From positions 10,218,184-10,282,183 of the forward strand of contig OZ316895.1 of the NCBI GenBank assembly GCA_973895155.1: DNA of 64,000 nucleotides. Direction: 5' to 3'. The notes below the pieces were generated by a model. The model saw only the letters and a program-made list of their open reading frames with translations, did no database searches and was not told the origin of the DNA. This DNA is from Marsupella aquatica (Eukaryota > Plantae > Marchantiophyta). A program made the translations under genes and the position numbers. Positions within the stretch are counted from its first letter, which is position 1, and the number at the start of each line of letters is the position of its first letter. Shown here in pieces: positions 26,701-39,020 of the stretch.

Positions 26701-26849
26701 GCGCTGCCTGAAGGGCTAGGCCCTCCTGCGCCTCCACCCTTTACAGCTGTGGATGAAGCTCCGGATCGCTGCTGCCCAGGACCACTGGATCTTCCAGCCT
26801 TTTTCAGCTGTACCTCACTCCGGTCTCCCTTTGAATGATAATGGGACAT
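15224..26849 (-). CDS. eIF4G: Translation initiation factor eIF4G (large form) with MIF4G, MA3 and W2 domains, 15 exons, ~2660 aa
   Basis: Exons (minus) 26849-26560, 25670-25531, 25375-25100, 24832-24732, 24612-24556, 24325-24251, 24084-18122, 17902-17705, 17529-17169, 16929-16852, 16446-16327, 16197-16104, 15870-15782, 15587-15519 and 15298-15224 join in frame. Plant eIF4G motifs: MSHYHSKGDRSE, FSFQFGSISPG, IPARTSSAPPNLDEQKREQ, AIKIVDPTTHEEV, DDWEDAAE, 4E-binding YTKDYLM, and MIF4G IKGILNKLTPQNF..RRRMLGNIRFIGELY. Confidence 0.95.
20221..20241 (-). other. eIF4E-binding motif YxxxxL-phi of eIF4G (YTKDYLM)
   Basis: Matches the canonical Y(X)4L-phi motif and lies just upstream of the MIF4G domain. 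Confidence 0.85.
20622..20762 (-). repeat. Coding 27-30 bp tandem repeat in eIF4G (SNPNADSIGG-like, ~5 copies)
   Basis: Repeated gcattaggatttgacccacc(a)atactgtc units, translating as SNPNADSSG SNPNADSIGG SNPNADSIGG SDPNADSSG ANPNVD. Confidence 0.9.
23657..23830 (-). repeat. PolyQ and (QA)n coding microsatellite in the eIF4G N-terminal region
   Basis: (tgc/tgt)n runs on the + strand, translating as AQAQAQAQ..QQQQQQQQ. Confidence 0.9.
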
Positions 26850-27780
26850 ATATAACGTAATTGAATCCCACCCTTCTATAATTGAAACGGATCCTAAGAT
26901 CCGTTCGACTCCCACTCACACACTCGTGTGATCGGGAAGCGAACAAGGACGGCCGAGCATGGAGACTGGAACCGCAAAGATGTTATCAAACTGTCTCGGC
27001 GCACCTCACCTCAATAAATGCTTGCATAAATCGATGCCGACCTTCTTGCTCTAAACAGAATGTCACTGGCAATTCAATTCCGAAGTAACTCACTACACTC
27101 GATACGTGAACGGTGTCACATAGAAGGAAGCAGAGCCCCTTGAAACCAAAATCACAGAGGTAGTAGAACAACACCGCCAAAAAATCCCGTACGGCGTGTG
27201 GTAGAATAATCGAGACGGTATCGTAAATTAGGTTGAAAATGTCGCAAGAAGGGAGGCAGGAACACGAACGATTTGACACTAGGGGACGGAAGGGGCGGAG
27301 AGGGGTGGGCAGGGTCGGGGAGAGAAGACGTAAGAGACAAGAAACTAAGTAAACAAAAACAGGAAGCCAGAAAAAGGGACTGGAAAGCACGAGGATATCG
27401 ACTTCTGTATCAAAACCGGCAACAACAAAATCGACAGGAGGGACAGAAACGAGAGAAAAAAGGACAGAAAAAAAATGCTGTCAAGAAGAGATGGGGGTGG
27501 GGAGAAAAGAAGAAACAAAGAGAAAGAGAGAGAGAGGAGAGAGAGGAGAAAAAAGCGCTCTGCAGCGCAACGTGAGACTCGATCGATCCGATTGTTGAAA
27601 TTTGAGAGGAGAGGGGAAAAAATGGGAAAGGAGACTCACAGTGAGCTTGAGAAGCCAAGCCCTGGCCAGCCAGGCTGAAAATCGCTCGACAACGAAACCT
27701 TGTGTTCTCTAGGGCAAGCTCTCGCTCCTCCGCCCACGGCCCACTGCCCACGCCACGCCCCCTCCTGCCCCCCCACCTCG

Positions 27781-27810
27781 TTAACTCAGCTTTAACTCAG
27801 CTTTAACTCA
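27781..27810. promoter_or_regulatory. 11-bp direct repeat TTAACTCAGCT (x2.7) in the presumptive eIF4G promoter
   Basis: ttaactcagct ttaactcagct ttaactca sits beside GC-rich boxes (gcccacggcccac, cccgcccgccc) upstream of the CT-rich leader. A regulatory role is inferred. Confidence 0.45.
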
Positions 27811-28108
27811 ACTCGACCGTCCGAACAGAATACGCCAATGAGCAGCGGCAGCTCTAACCCGCCCGCCCGAATGCCCGATTACCAAAAAGCATGCTCCTCG
27901 CTTACTCGGTTAATTTATATTGAAGGGGGGTGAGGTTTTCGCCAAACGACTATAGCAGCCCGGTGAGGGTTGCTGCGAGTTTTCCCAAGGAGAAATTCCT
28001 GCGTGTTATTACCGAACGAAAGCTTGCGAAAAAGAAGGTAGTAGTATCAACTATCAAGCCCTCCCATTGTCTTAAATGCGCAGATTCCATGCAACATTTG
28101 GTGCATTT

Positions 28109-28585
28109 AACTTGGAAAGTACACAACCAAGCTGTGAGACTGGGAGGTTGGGTTGCACATTTGTGGGAGGCACCAGTAGTGCTGCTGCGGTCCTTTGGGC
28201 AGTCCTCTTGGGCTCGAGTGTCTCATTGTTCCGCTTATCGGTACGTGGTTTTTATTGCGACTTGGCGTACAACTTGGGAATTACACAAACAGGTGGACAA
28301 GGCTTGAAACTTGGGTTGCTTATGTGTGGGAGGCTCAGGTGGAGGTGCAGTCCTTGGCCTATGCCCCCTTGCGCTTGAGTGTCTCGTTGTCCCTCTTGCG
28401 GGTTGTTGATTTTATTTTAGATCAGCATACAACTTGGAGAGTACACAAACAAGTGATAGGGCTTGAAGGTTTGGTTGTACATTTGTGGGAAGCTCAGGTG
28501 GTGCTCGGGTCCTTGCCCTGTTCCCCTTGGGCATGAGTATCTCTTTGTTTTTCTTGTCAGTGGTTGATTCAAATTGCACTTTGGC
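28109..28585. repeat. Diverged ~160-bp tandem repeat, 3 copies
   Basis: Units start AACTTGG..TACACAA at about 28109, 28271 and 28431. Each contains TTGTGGGAGGC/TGTGGGAAGC and GAGTGTCTC/GAGTATCTC. Confidence 0.85.
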
Positions 28586-30918
28586 TCTAAAAACATTGGT
28601 CTCCGTACCTCAAAAAAAGGGGGTTCAGGTTCTCAAGGTAGGAGGGCTCTAAACAAACAATAACTCTTTCCTTCCTTCTACCTGCGCCTATTTGTCCACT
28701 AGGACAGATACCTGGTGACCCAAGGCATGGTGATACATGGCATATGTCATAAGGGATAATGTATGGATATGAGACTCACAAGAGTAGGTCTGACTATGCA
28801 TTTGTGTTAGGGCATAATATTTAATTGTGAGGGTTACTACATAGCATGTGTGGCAAACATAGAAGCAATATTAACAGACAAGTGTCTCTTTATACCCGAC
28901 TTTGCCAGGTCAAATATGTGCATTTCTTGGAATGTAATTGCAGGGTTCAGCCCTTAGATAACCCAAATGTGAAACGAAGACTCTAGCCTACACGTAAGAT
29001 TTTTAACCCCAGTAGCCCAAATACCCATGCATATGCATAGGAAGGGTTACTCTTACTAGTCTCCCCATGTCAGTCCCTACTCACAAACATAATTTATGTA
29101 TCCAAATGTGTTGTTACGATATAAATTATGGCCTAACAATTTTACTTTTATACCATATACGATACGATACGATACGATGGATGCCCAAAGGGACAAAGGT
29201 TTGACCCCTAGTGGTGGTCCCTTCAACGTGGTCGTTCAATGTGGTCGGTCCTTTTCGACCTACGGTTCCTTCCACTTGTTTCGCTGGTACCTGTAATCTC
29301 GTTACCTAACCCGCTTGCGTATTCCCCCCATTCCGGGAATCGCATCTTGCCGAGTAAGGATCGGCAGTACATAACTGTGTCAGCAAGGCGGCCTCGTTGG
29401 ACACATTTACCGTACGGGGCCCCGTCAGGTCATTTCGCAACCCCGGAAACCCCACCGCCTAGTTTCGCCCGTCAATAATCCGTCCTCCCGACAACTTTGG
29501 CCGTGATTTCCTCAGGCACTTTGGCGGTCTTCAGTTCAGGGTCATTTAGTACCATTAGATCCCAATCCAACGGCTATACATGTCTCGGGTTGCGACTAAA
29601 TTCTAATCGTTTTCGCGTACCCTCGATTGTCCGGACAGATTCGCACGGGCCACATTGCGGCCTCGTTTTGCCAAACTTTTCGACGCGGTTTGTGCGTACT
29701 CTCACTGCAGTCGTGATTGACATGCGTACTTCTGTACCATCTTACTGTACCGTCTTACGGCGGCACTGTAATCTGACGACACTGTAAGGTTGTTGACACC
29801 TTGACGGTCACTCCGTTCTACCGTCAATCGATGACCGGAACAAGGGGCCCATCCTGCTTATTAACGTGGGGAGGAATTCTACACACGGTAATTATGGACA
29901 CGAAGGGCAGGTCCCACGAGTGCTGAAAAAGAGTGACCAGGTACTAAATAGACTAAAAAGATGGGCAAATACTACTAAACCTTAAAAGATTGGCAATCTA
30001 GCAATTTTGCCCTAAACCAAGAACCTTGCCAAGACCTAAAATAGAACCCTGCGCAATCATGATCAAGAGTTTGGCCCTAAGGAAACTCTTTCTATACTTT
30101 TGAACTGAATAAGCTTTAAGGTCAACAGAAAGGCAATACAAAATGTGTAAGACCTCGAGGGGGGATCAAACCCTAGCAGTAGGAAAACCCATGCTCCCTC
30201 AGAGAAGCCTAGCAAACAAAACAACCCCTATGGACATATTAAGAGCCCTAGTGCAGTCTGAACCACTGAAGCTATGTCCATTGACTAAAATGGAACAGGA
30301 TCTACAACTACTAAATATATTCTCTACTGTAAATCACAAAACAACAGAAACCCCGCCAATACCTAGACCAAACCCTGCACAGTCATGGTCAAGACTTTGG
30401 CCCCAAACAGCAAGGCCCTAAACTCGTTTTGGAGGCCCGGGGTCTCATAATTGAGACCCCCTAATTTCACATCACATAGACAACCAAGCCTTGTAGACAA
30501 CCTAGCATCATAACCAAACAGTAGGGAAAATATTGAATATGCTAAATCCCCTGAATTTGAAACGAGGAACTATACAGGTGACACCTGTAGCAAGAAGAAC
30601 TCTGACTAATATACTTATCAAATACAGTCACTTGCCATTTTGCCCTATATCTTAAGTTCTAGATCTTTACTTCACTGACTCCCAACTTTCCTATGAGCAG
30701 CCTTGGGTACAATGTTTATTTTGGTTATCATTCTTTACTCTCTTGCATCCACATGCATCCTTGACGGTATTTTTTACTTTAGTAAATTTTTAGTTGATTT
30801 GTAGCTTGCTCCATGCAAGAAATTGGTACAATCTTTCTATTTGAGATTACTTAGACCAGTTCTTTGAGGTGGTCAAAAATGTGCTGATTTGTTGGATTGA
30901 AGGCCAAAAGTTCTAAAC

Positions 30919-33900
30919 ATGAGCATCACTCAAATATGTGCGCGTGGATCTATTGTGAGCTTAGATCGGGGGACAAGCCCAGAATTGATTTTGCCACTCT
31001 TCTTTCCAAAGTTGAATGAGGAGGATGGAGATCCTTTCACAGAAACTGTGGTCAAGGAGCCTGAAAAAGAAGTTATTGAAGAACCAAAATTCCCGCCATA
31101 TTTTTATGAAGATTGCATTGAGAGACATCCACCAACAATTTTTTGTAGTGCACTCCAACATAACATTGATGAAGGGCTGCCAATGTTATGGTATGTTTTA
31201 CGGCCCCTTGTAATCTCTACTCTCTAGTTTCATAGAAGTAACTTGAAAGGCTAATTAGGGCAATTAACTGGGAAACATGAGTTTGAAAATTAGTTTGATA
31301 AATGTAATAAAGAGAAAGGAGGTAGAAATCCATGTTTTTGGTCCAGTCCAATCAATCATTTAGGATAAGAAGTTTTGGTTGCCATTAGATTAGACTTTCG
31401 GTGTCCATTATGATGAAAATAGATTGTAATCATGCAGGGGTCTGAGTTTTTTAACTGATGATGTCTTGAGCTTGTTGGACAAGAAAGTTCAGACCCCGGA
31501 AAAATCTAGGATTGCGCAACAACTTAGACATGAAATTTGTGCTGTACTTTTTCTATCCTCAACACCTACATAGTATACAAAATCAGATTCATAGTCAAAA
31601 TCTCTGCACATGGGGTTCATGGATGCCAACTCTCTATGTTTGAAGCAACTTTCACTACCTGCATGGTTAGACTGTCTTAAAAATTGCAATATCATTTTGA
31701 TTGGCTGAAAGAAGGATTTACAACTGAACTTCTGTTTAAAGATTTTTTCAGGAGGTTCTCCAAGGGCTGTACAAGCACAAGGAAATTCTTACCATTTGGG
31801 AACATGCACTCAAGACTAAAGAGTTGGAGGATACCGTGGAAGCTGAGACCACACTAAGCCAATCAGCCTGGCTTCTTTGCAAGCTCTTGACTGTATGTGT
31901 TGCTTTTACCATAGCAAACTTGCTTGTATTATTTGTGAAATAGCTGCTGAAGATTACAACTTTTTCAGAAAAGTATTTATTAATATTTCATTGTCATATC
32001 ATTGCAGTTGCATTCAGAATCTGCAGATGTTTTGAAGGGCCTAGGGGGAAGACAATTTGGGTCTATCAAACTTTTTGCAAAGACTTATCAAAAGGTTGTC
32101 CTCGTACATTAGATCTGGAAGTCTACAAAATATATTTATTTTTACAATTGACATGTTGAGTGATGAGAAATCTAGGAACAATCCCTGCCAATGGAAGGAG
32201 TCACGCCACAACGTACATTGTTTAATATATCTTCAGAGTTTCTTATCAAAAAAGACTTTGGGTTTAATTCTGATATTCCATCACAACCTAATTATACTTT
32301 TTAAAAATTACATGTAATTGAGGAAAATGTCACCTAGTACCTAACAGGTTAATAGATCCGGTTTGTAAGCATCGTAATTCCTCTTGTGTGTGCTAACCGA
32401 TTACACTTTCTATTTCAATGAACATGTTCAAAGTGAGATTAGACCAGGGCCTTGTGATTGGTCCTCAACACTTCTATAAAAGTTTAATTGGAATACCTCT
32501 ATTCCTAAGTAGCGACCAGGATAGTGACTCCTTTCTCATGATCTGCTACTTTGTGTCAAATAAAAGTATGGCATGTACCCTGATTATGACATTTGTTGGC
32601 TCTCCATTGGACAAAACTTTGTTTCAGTTTAGATTGCTCATGTTGAGGAGATTGGGAACATCTGTGAAGGAAGAGGAATCTATTGCTGATTATCAAAAAG
32701 AGATGTTTAGGCGTCAAGCAAAGGTTTTGTTCATTTTGCCCCTGGCATGGGTTACCCAAAATCCCAAGTAGGAAGTGAGTCAAAATTGGCAGTCCTGTTT
32801 TTTTGTGGATTATGAACTAAATGAAAAAAGATTTCAAAACAAGGAAATTTTGCTTATTGCCCTAGTATGAGGCATTGGCACGCAAGTATAGCAACTACCA
32901 ACCTTTATTTCAAGTAAACTTTGAACTGGGATTACTATATATTAATGTGATAACTTATTCTCAGGAATGTGATTAAGCCAAGGTTCATGCTCAGTTATTG
33001 CAGGATAAAGAATAAGCCACGGTGCAATACAACTGTTGACATGATGCTTCCTTGCTGAAGGATGGATGTAGGCCATACAAGACCATCGTGCACTAGAACA
33101 ACAATTGGAAATAGACCGCTCTGAGCGTGCTCAACATTATGCTCAATATCAAGAAGTTGAGAAGAAGATCCAATGTTAGCACCTATCAATCACAATCCAG
33201 AAGTTTCCATAGTGGTCTTCTCTTCATGTGCATGGTTATTTAATGATGCCTTGCACGGACTTTTGCTCAGTGGTTGGGTTTGCTTTGTTGTCCTTTATAA
33301 AATACAGTTTGCATATATGATTGGAGGTTGGGCTTATAGATGACAAGGACCAATCAAATGCTCAGACGCTGGCATTGGAGAGACAACTTGAAGCTGATTG
33401 CAAAGTTTTGGCTGAACAGGAATATGGAGCATTCAGTACTGAGGTTTGATGCTCCCACTTAGGGAAGCATGTTTGTCAAACTCACAATTTCATGCACTAT
33501 CTGCCCACACAATGATGAACACTTTTTAAAATCACACAATGGCACAAGTCAGGTCTGCCTCCAGGGGTTACTTATACTATGGCCATTGAAACCCCCTTCA
33601 ACCTAAGTGGCAGGTATCTAAGCATAAATGTCGGGCTACAAATCCAAAATAGACTTTTTTCCCCATATGACCGGTTGAGTCATTATGTGACTGATACCTC
33701 ACCTTACTTCAAAAGAATGTAAAAATGGAATATTGTAAGGAAGTTGCTCTTGATATAAAACTAGCATATATTGCAACGCCAGGTAATGCTATCTGCTTTC
33801 TACCTTTCAGTGTTGCTTTGCCTTTGGGACGTGGTCTCCCGGTTTGGCATTTTTTGCCCTTGGGCACTCTGATTTTTCAGTTTCAAGCTTTCAATCTTTA

Positions 33901-35980
33901 TGGTACTAATCTATAAAGTAAGCTTTTTTGGAAAATGTTAGACCAATCTCTTGAACTTGTTTGAGCTTTGAGTATTTTTCAATGTGTTTTTTTTAGGCTT
34001 TGAGTAATTTTAATCCAAAGTGAATATTAAATTCTGTACCACTCTACCTTGGGTGTCAAGTATGGCACAAAATTCTTGTCATGTACTCAATTAAGAAAAT
34101 TTGCCTAAATTATTAATGTGTAAGAGAAACCGTACCTACAATCTGTAGCATATCACTACCACTGACTAATTTGGACCCCTATTTGGGCTGAGAATTGTGG
34201 AGCATAGTATAGATGGATAGACTAGTTTCTTAAATAAATTTGTTCGTAAGGCTATGAATGAGTATATTCCCTTCACGCTTCTTGCAAAAACATTTGGTTT
34301 ACCTTCAATTCCCATCTTCCCAGAGAATGTAGGAATGGAAAAGAGAAAATGAACTAGATATATGATACTGGTCAAATGTGGGTTTCAAATGAACAGGAGA
34401 AAATGTTATCTAGCCAAAACACCACAATGAGTGCTCAACTGGTCAAAATGCAGGTACTTTAAAACCAAAGCAACAAGCTGGAGTACTTTAAGTCTTTATT
34501 TCTCTTCGAAAATATGCTAATGGAGATCTCCATCATGATAGGCTCAACATATAGACCCAAAGTCTCATACCATAGAAATTTTATCCCTAAACATATGGAT
34601 TCAATGTGGCACTAAGAAAGGCTTTAATATGATCAGAATGACAATAAAGATAAAGAGCTCTCATTGCGAGGGAAGAAAAGTCAAAGTGTAGAGGAGGTTG
34701 AGGCCTTGCTTGAGGAGTACGAACAAGCCATTCTTGCAAGGAAAGGAGAGCTTGATGTTCTTTGTGTAAATTCTACACTTGTGCTCATTCTGGAATTTCC
34801 TTCAGCTTCTCTTTTGTCTTGACTAATAATGTTTCAAACTGTTTCATACCAAAAGTGTTAATAAGTACCCCAAAAATCAAAACATTGAGTACCCTTGCTG
34901 TTATCAAGGCTTACATGATCAATATATTTCAATCTCCAGAAGGAACACAGAGAAATGGTTTCAAAGATAAATCAATATCAAGGATTTTTTGACGAGGAAG
35001 CATGCGTGGTATGCTTTGTACTCCCTCTTACCAACAAATTCATACATATTTGGATTGGAGATGTTCAAGCTCAGCCTTTATATTATCCTAGATTGGTTTG
35101 AAAAAATTGACAAGATGCAAGCTCCAATAGTTACTTTCAGCAAGAGCATGTAAGGAGTATATAGGCTTAGGAGTTAGGTTGTCTACTAACCATATGCTTC
35201 AACAAACTTGGTGGGCAGGCATTTGCCAAGGCAGAGGTGAAGAGAATTGCATGGGAGAAAATTTGTGTAAGTGACCTTGAACAGACTATGATCAATATAT
35301 ACAACCATATCCCAGACCCTAGCTAGAACCCAGCACCACTGTCCTTCAGATATTCTGTTTTGCCTTCAATGAAATATTGCTACCATCCTTTAATAGATAT
35401 AAGATATAACGGAGCATGATTTGAGTGTCAGCTGTAAAACATTTGTCAATGAATTTGATCCCAGGAGAGATTTTTATCCCGAAAGAGGTACTATCATGCT
35501 GCTCGGAAAATTCAGCGAGCTTGGCGAAAGCACAAGACCTATGAAGCAAAGAAGAAAAAGAATGTATGCCCCAAGTGCCTTTACCAACAGTGTTTGGTGT
35601 GAATTGAGTGTTTGGTGTGAATTGAGCCAGGATGAAGGAATACTGTTGTTGTATTCTTTTTATTGATTGATAAATTCTTACTGTATGGTGGTTCCTAACA
35701 TGAAGGGACAGTTACTATACTTTCTTGAACAAGTACACAAAGTGGGAACAAATCCTACAAAGTGGGAACAAGTCCTACATAGTGGGACCTTACTTAGGGG
35801 TCCTTCATATTTCATTGATACTATTTTCCAAACATGAGTTGGTTGTTGGCTTTTTTTTTGCAGGAAGGAAAGGGGAAGAAGAAGAAGAAAGGCAAGAAAG
35901 GAGATAAAAAGAAACCTAAAGATGTCATGGATCTTATGCCTAAGCGGTCTGTGAAGAAAAAGAAAAACAAGAAAAAATGA
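30919..35980 (+). CDS. IQCD: IQ-domain coiled-coil flagellar protein, IQCD/DRC10-like (nexin-dynein regulatory complex), 13 exons plus a possible micro-exon, ~475 aa
   Basis: Exons 30919-31190, 31438-31543, 31752-31892, 32008-32094, 32628-32723, 33072-33174, 33340-33443, 34397-34453, 34637-34765, 34940-35008, (35141-35149), 35219-35266, 35465-35563 and 35864-35980 join stop-free. A long coiled coil (RRLGTSVKEEE..ELSLRGKKSQSVEEVEALLEEYE) is followed by a single IQ motif AARKIQRAWRKHK and a Lys/Gly tail KKKKNEGKGKKKKKGKK. This layout is typical of IQCD/IQCG; the choice of IQCD is from recalled similarity. Confidence 0.8.
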
Positions 35981-38875
35981 GTGACTTCCCTCATTGAAAG
36001 TAATATTTGTGCCATTTTGATTGCTTTTGTACATATGTTATTGAAGTGTGTGAAGAGAGCCACCTAAAATGTATCCTTGAATGGGTGAGTTAATGAAGAA
36101 AGTGAAAGGCTATTTTTGTGGTGTTTCTATGCCTAGTGGGATTCTTTGCTTCCTTAAGGTGAGAAAGTGCACACCAACAAACATGTAGTATAATCATAGT
36201 ATTTCAGCTATTGGCTTCCCCATGGCTTGGTAAGGGAGTAAAAGCGGTTGCGCTTGAGTGATCTATGTTGTCATGCTATTTGAGCCAAGCTTGGCTTGGT
36301 CCCATAAGATTAATATATGCTATGTAGAGCAAGTTCACCAAACCTTAGTTTCACGATGGTATTGACTTCAAGAATCTTGAAAATTATTTTAATGGGAGGA
36401 TAGAGTCTGACCATTGAGGCATCTGAAATATGTATCATTTCATAGCTAGAATTGAGAGATTCATTCTATAGACAATACCATTGTACTTTTGATGGATGTT
36501 GATGGAATGGAGAAAGTTAATGCCTGGCTTGTACTCAGAAATCCAGTCAGGCTTGTACTCAAAATCAAGTCAAAGAATGAGAAGCTGATAGATAAACTTA
36601 TAGACATCATGTTAATTTGTCACAACTGTGGCTTGTGTATATCACTCTGAGTTTTTAGTTTGTAGCAAATGTGCCTTTGAATTCCCTTTGGATTCATTGG
36701 ATCCCTTTTTAGCCTTCAATTCAAGAGTTCTTATGTTTCAATCATTATCCACTGTGATTCCACAAAGCATTACGATAATAGATTCTCTGCATCAACTGTA
36801 GCCAATATCCCGACATCCAGCAAGCCTATTAATAGTCTGCTATAACATTTTGGATTATTCCCTGGTGTGCTAGTTATCTCTTTCCTCATGTACATGGAAC
36901 ATGGAAGATTGCCTCTAGGTTTTGTTTAAAAAGTGTTCAACAACCCCACTAGCTAGGGGTCTTTCAACATATCTTGATGTCTTTGGGCTTCTGATTTTTT
37001 TAAAACTTGTTTTTATAGGGGAAAATATGTGAAACCCACAGAAAAGGAACAGTCAATCACATCATTTGAACTCTAGACCTATTAGTCTTAACTCGGTAAG
37101 CTACCACACAGCCATGCCTCTCTGGGCAGGGCTTCTGAAAATTTTCCAGACTTGAATCCCATCACTCTATGTCTTCAAAACATACTTATGATCTCTAACA
37201 GCTGCATGCTATATATATATATACCCCCCTTGGTTACCTGGTTGAACATGAGAGGAGCATTTTGGCGATGATGTCATCAGAGTGCATATGACGAGACCTC
37301 CAAACATATATTTCACTCCCGATTTCACTCTGGAACACTCCCTTGAGTATGAACAAATCTAGTGACCATTCTCTAAACCCCATCCATTCAAACTTTGCAA
37401 TGTAAATATGTTGAATGTGCTTCATCAGGTTTAATTTTGGTTAAATACATTTGACATCCTTCTTTGAAAAAACCAACATTGTGACTCAACTTTTCAGAAC
37501 CAAGGGTGTAGAAGGTGCTGGAGAACATTAGAGGCAATAATGGCAGTATTGTTCTCAATATTCATTTCTAGGGAGGTTCCACGGTTGCTGTCAATTAACA
37601 GCTCGAGCTACTGTAGACTTATAGCTTACAGGGCATTTAAAAAAACAAATGTGCTGGCTTCAAGGTCACAGTGAAGGCCTTTGTATGCCAACCTTATCAT
37701 GGAGGAAACTCAGGCTCCCATGGACTACCACCTTGGACAGGATGCTAGGATGGGTGCATGACTCCAACCTGCATGGACTGCTACCAAAACAATTTTTACT
37801 TAGCTAGCACCTTCTGTTTTGTATAAATATTGTCCTGGTCCATTGCGGGTGTCAAAAAGTGCTTGGTCCATAGGGAGTCGGGAGGTCAAACCTTACAGTC
37901 CATTCAAGTATCAACTTATTGACAGTCTCTTAATTATAAGCTTTTGGTTCATTGGGAGTCCAGAGGTAAAATGTTATGTTCCATCCAAGTATCAACTTCT
38001 AAGATGGAGGCCCACAAGAATGGTGTGTACACTGCCAGCTCATCATAAACAATCATGAGGAAAGGAGCTGAGGCTGTTGGTTTTAGGACATCTAGACAAA
38101 ATTGTCATTGTGACAATCAATCCATTTTACTCCAGAGCTTTAACAGGCCTTTCAGTTTGTTGCCAATAGGGTTTTAGTTTGCTGGTATGTAGGGTTTTAG
38201 TTCCTTTTGCCATTGTTGAGGACTCTGGGGCTTATTATGCTCTCTGGTCTTCACTGGGTTTTTTTTCCCTTTATTGAATCTCCTGCCTTTGGGATCAATT
38301 TTCCCAGTTTTTCTCGTTTTGTTCATTGGCCACGTTATGATACATATAACTTGAAGACCAACCAATCTAAGCGCTGATTTTCAATTTACCCCACCCCTTG
38401 ACCGGCCAAGTGGATTGACACACACTAAGCAAGCAATAAACTTCTGATGCTCAACCCCCATTTGCCACATGCAACGGGGGTGGAAGAAAATGAGAATGCA
38501 TGGAATCGAAGCCACCCCTCCGTCATCACACTACCAAAAGGGATTCATAGAATGGCTTTCATTCAAACGCAGGCTGCTCAATTTCCTTGAGTGTGCTTGC
38601 AGCAATTTGAATCTGTGACTCAGGCAAACCAATTTCTCGCTTCCACTTGAGGGGAATTAAAATTCATATTCTTCTTACTGAGAGGACAGCAACAAATTAA
38701 TTGCTTGAGTGCCCAATCTTTGAATGTAAATAGAAAGTGAGGATAGAAGTGATGACACTCAAGCCCACTGCACCATTTTCTAAGACTGCCCTGGCCCTAA
38801 TTCCTGTTTTCCACTTGCACCCCAAACTTCAGCTATGACCCAGATAGAGTCATATATGGTCTAGAGGTTTTAGTA

Positions 38876-39020
38876 TAGACCAAAGGCCCTGAAGAGTAAC
38901 TTTCAATATAATTGTGATTCTATTCTTAACTGACTTCATTGTGCACTAGACCAAAGGCCCTGAAGAGTAACTTTCAATATAATTGTGATTCTATTCTTAA
39001 CTGACTTCATTGTGCACTAG
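38876..39020. repeat. Perfect 71-bp tandem duplication
   Basis: tagaccaaaggccctgaagag..cttcattgtgcac at 38876 and 38947, identical. Confidence 0.95.

Noticed and set aside
32965-35218. IQCD-like gene as a pseudogene (in-frame TAA/TAG near 32974, 33013 and 35162-35170)
   Set aside because: Those stops fall in introns once the acceptors at 33071 and 35218 are used; the spliced frame is intact.
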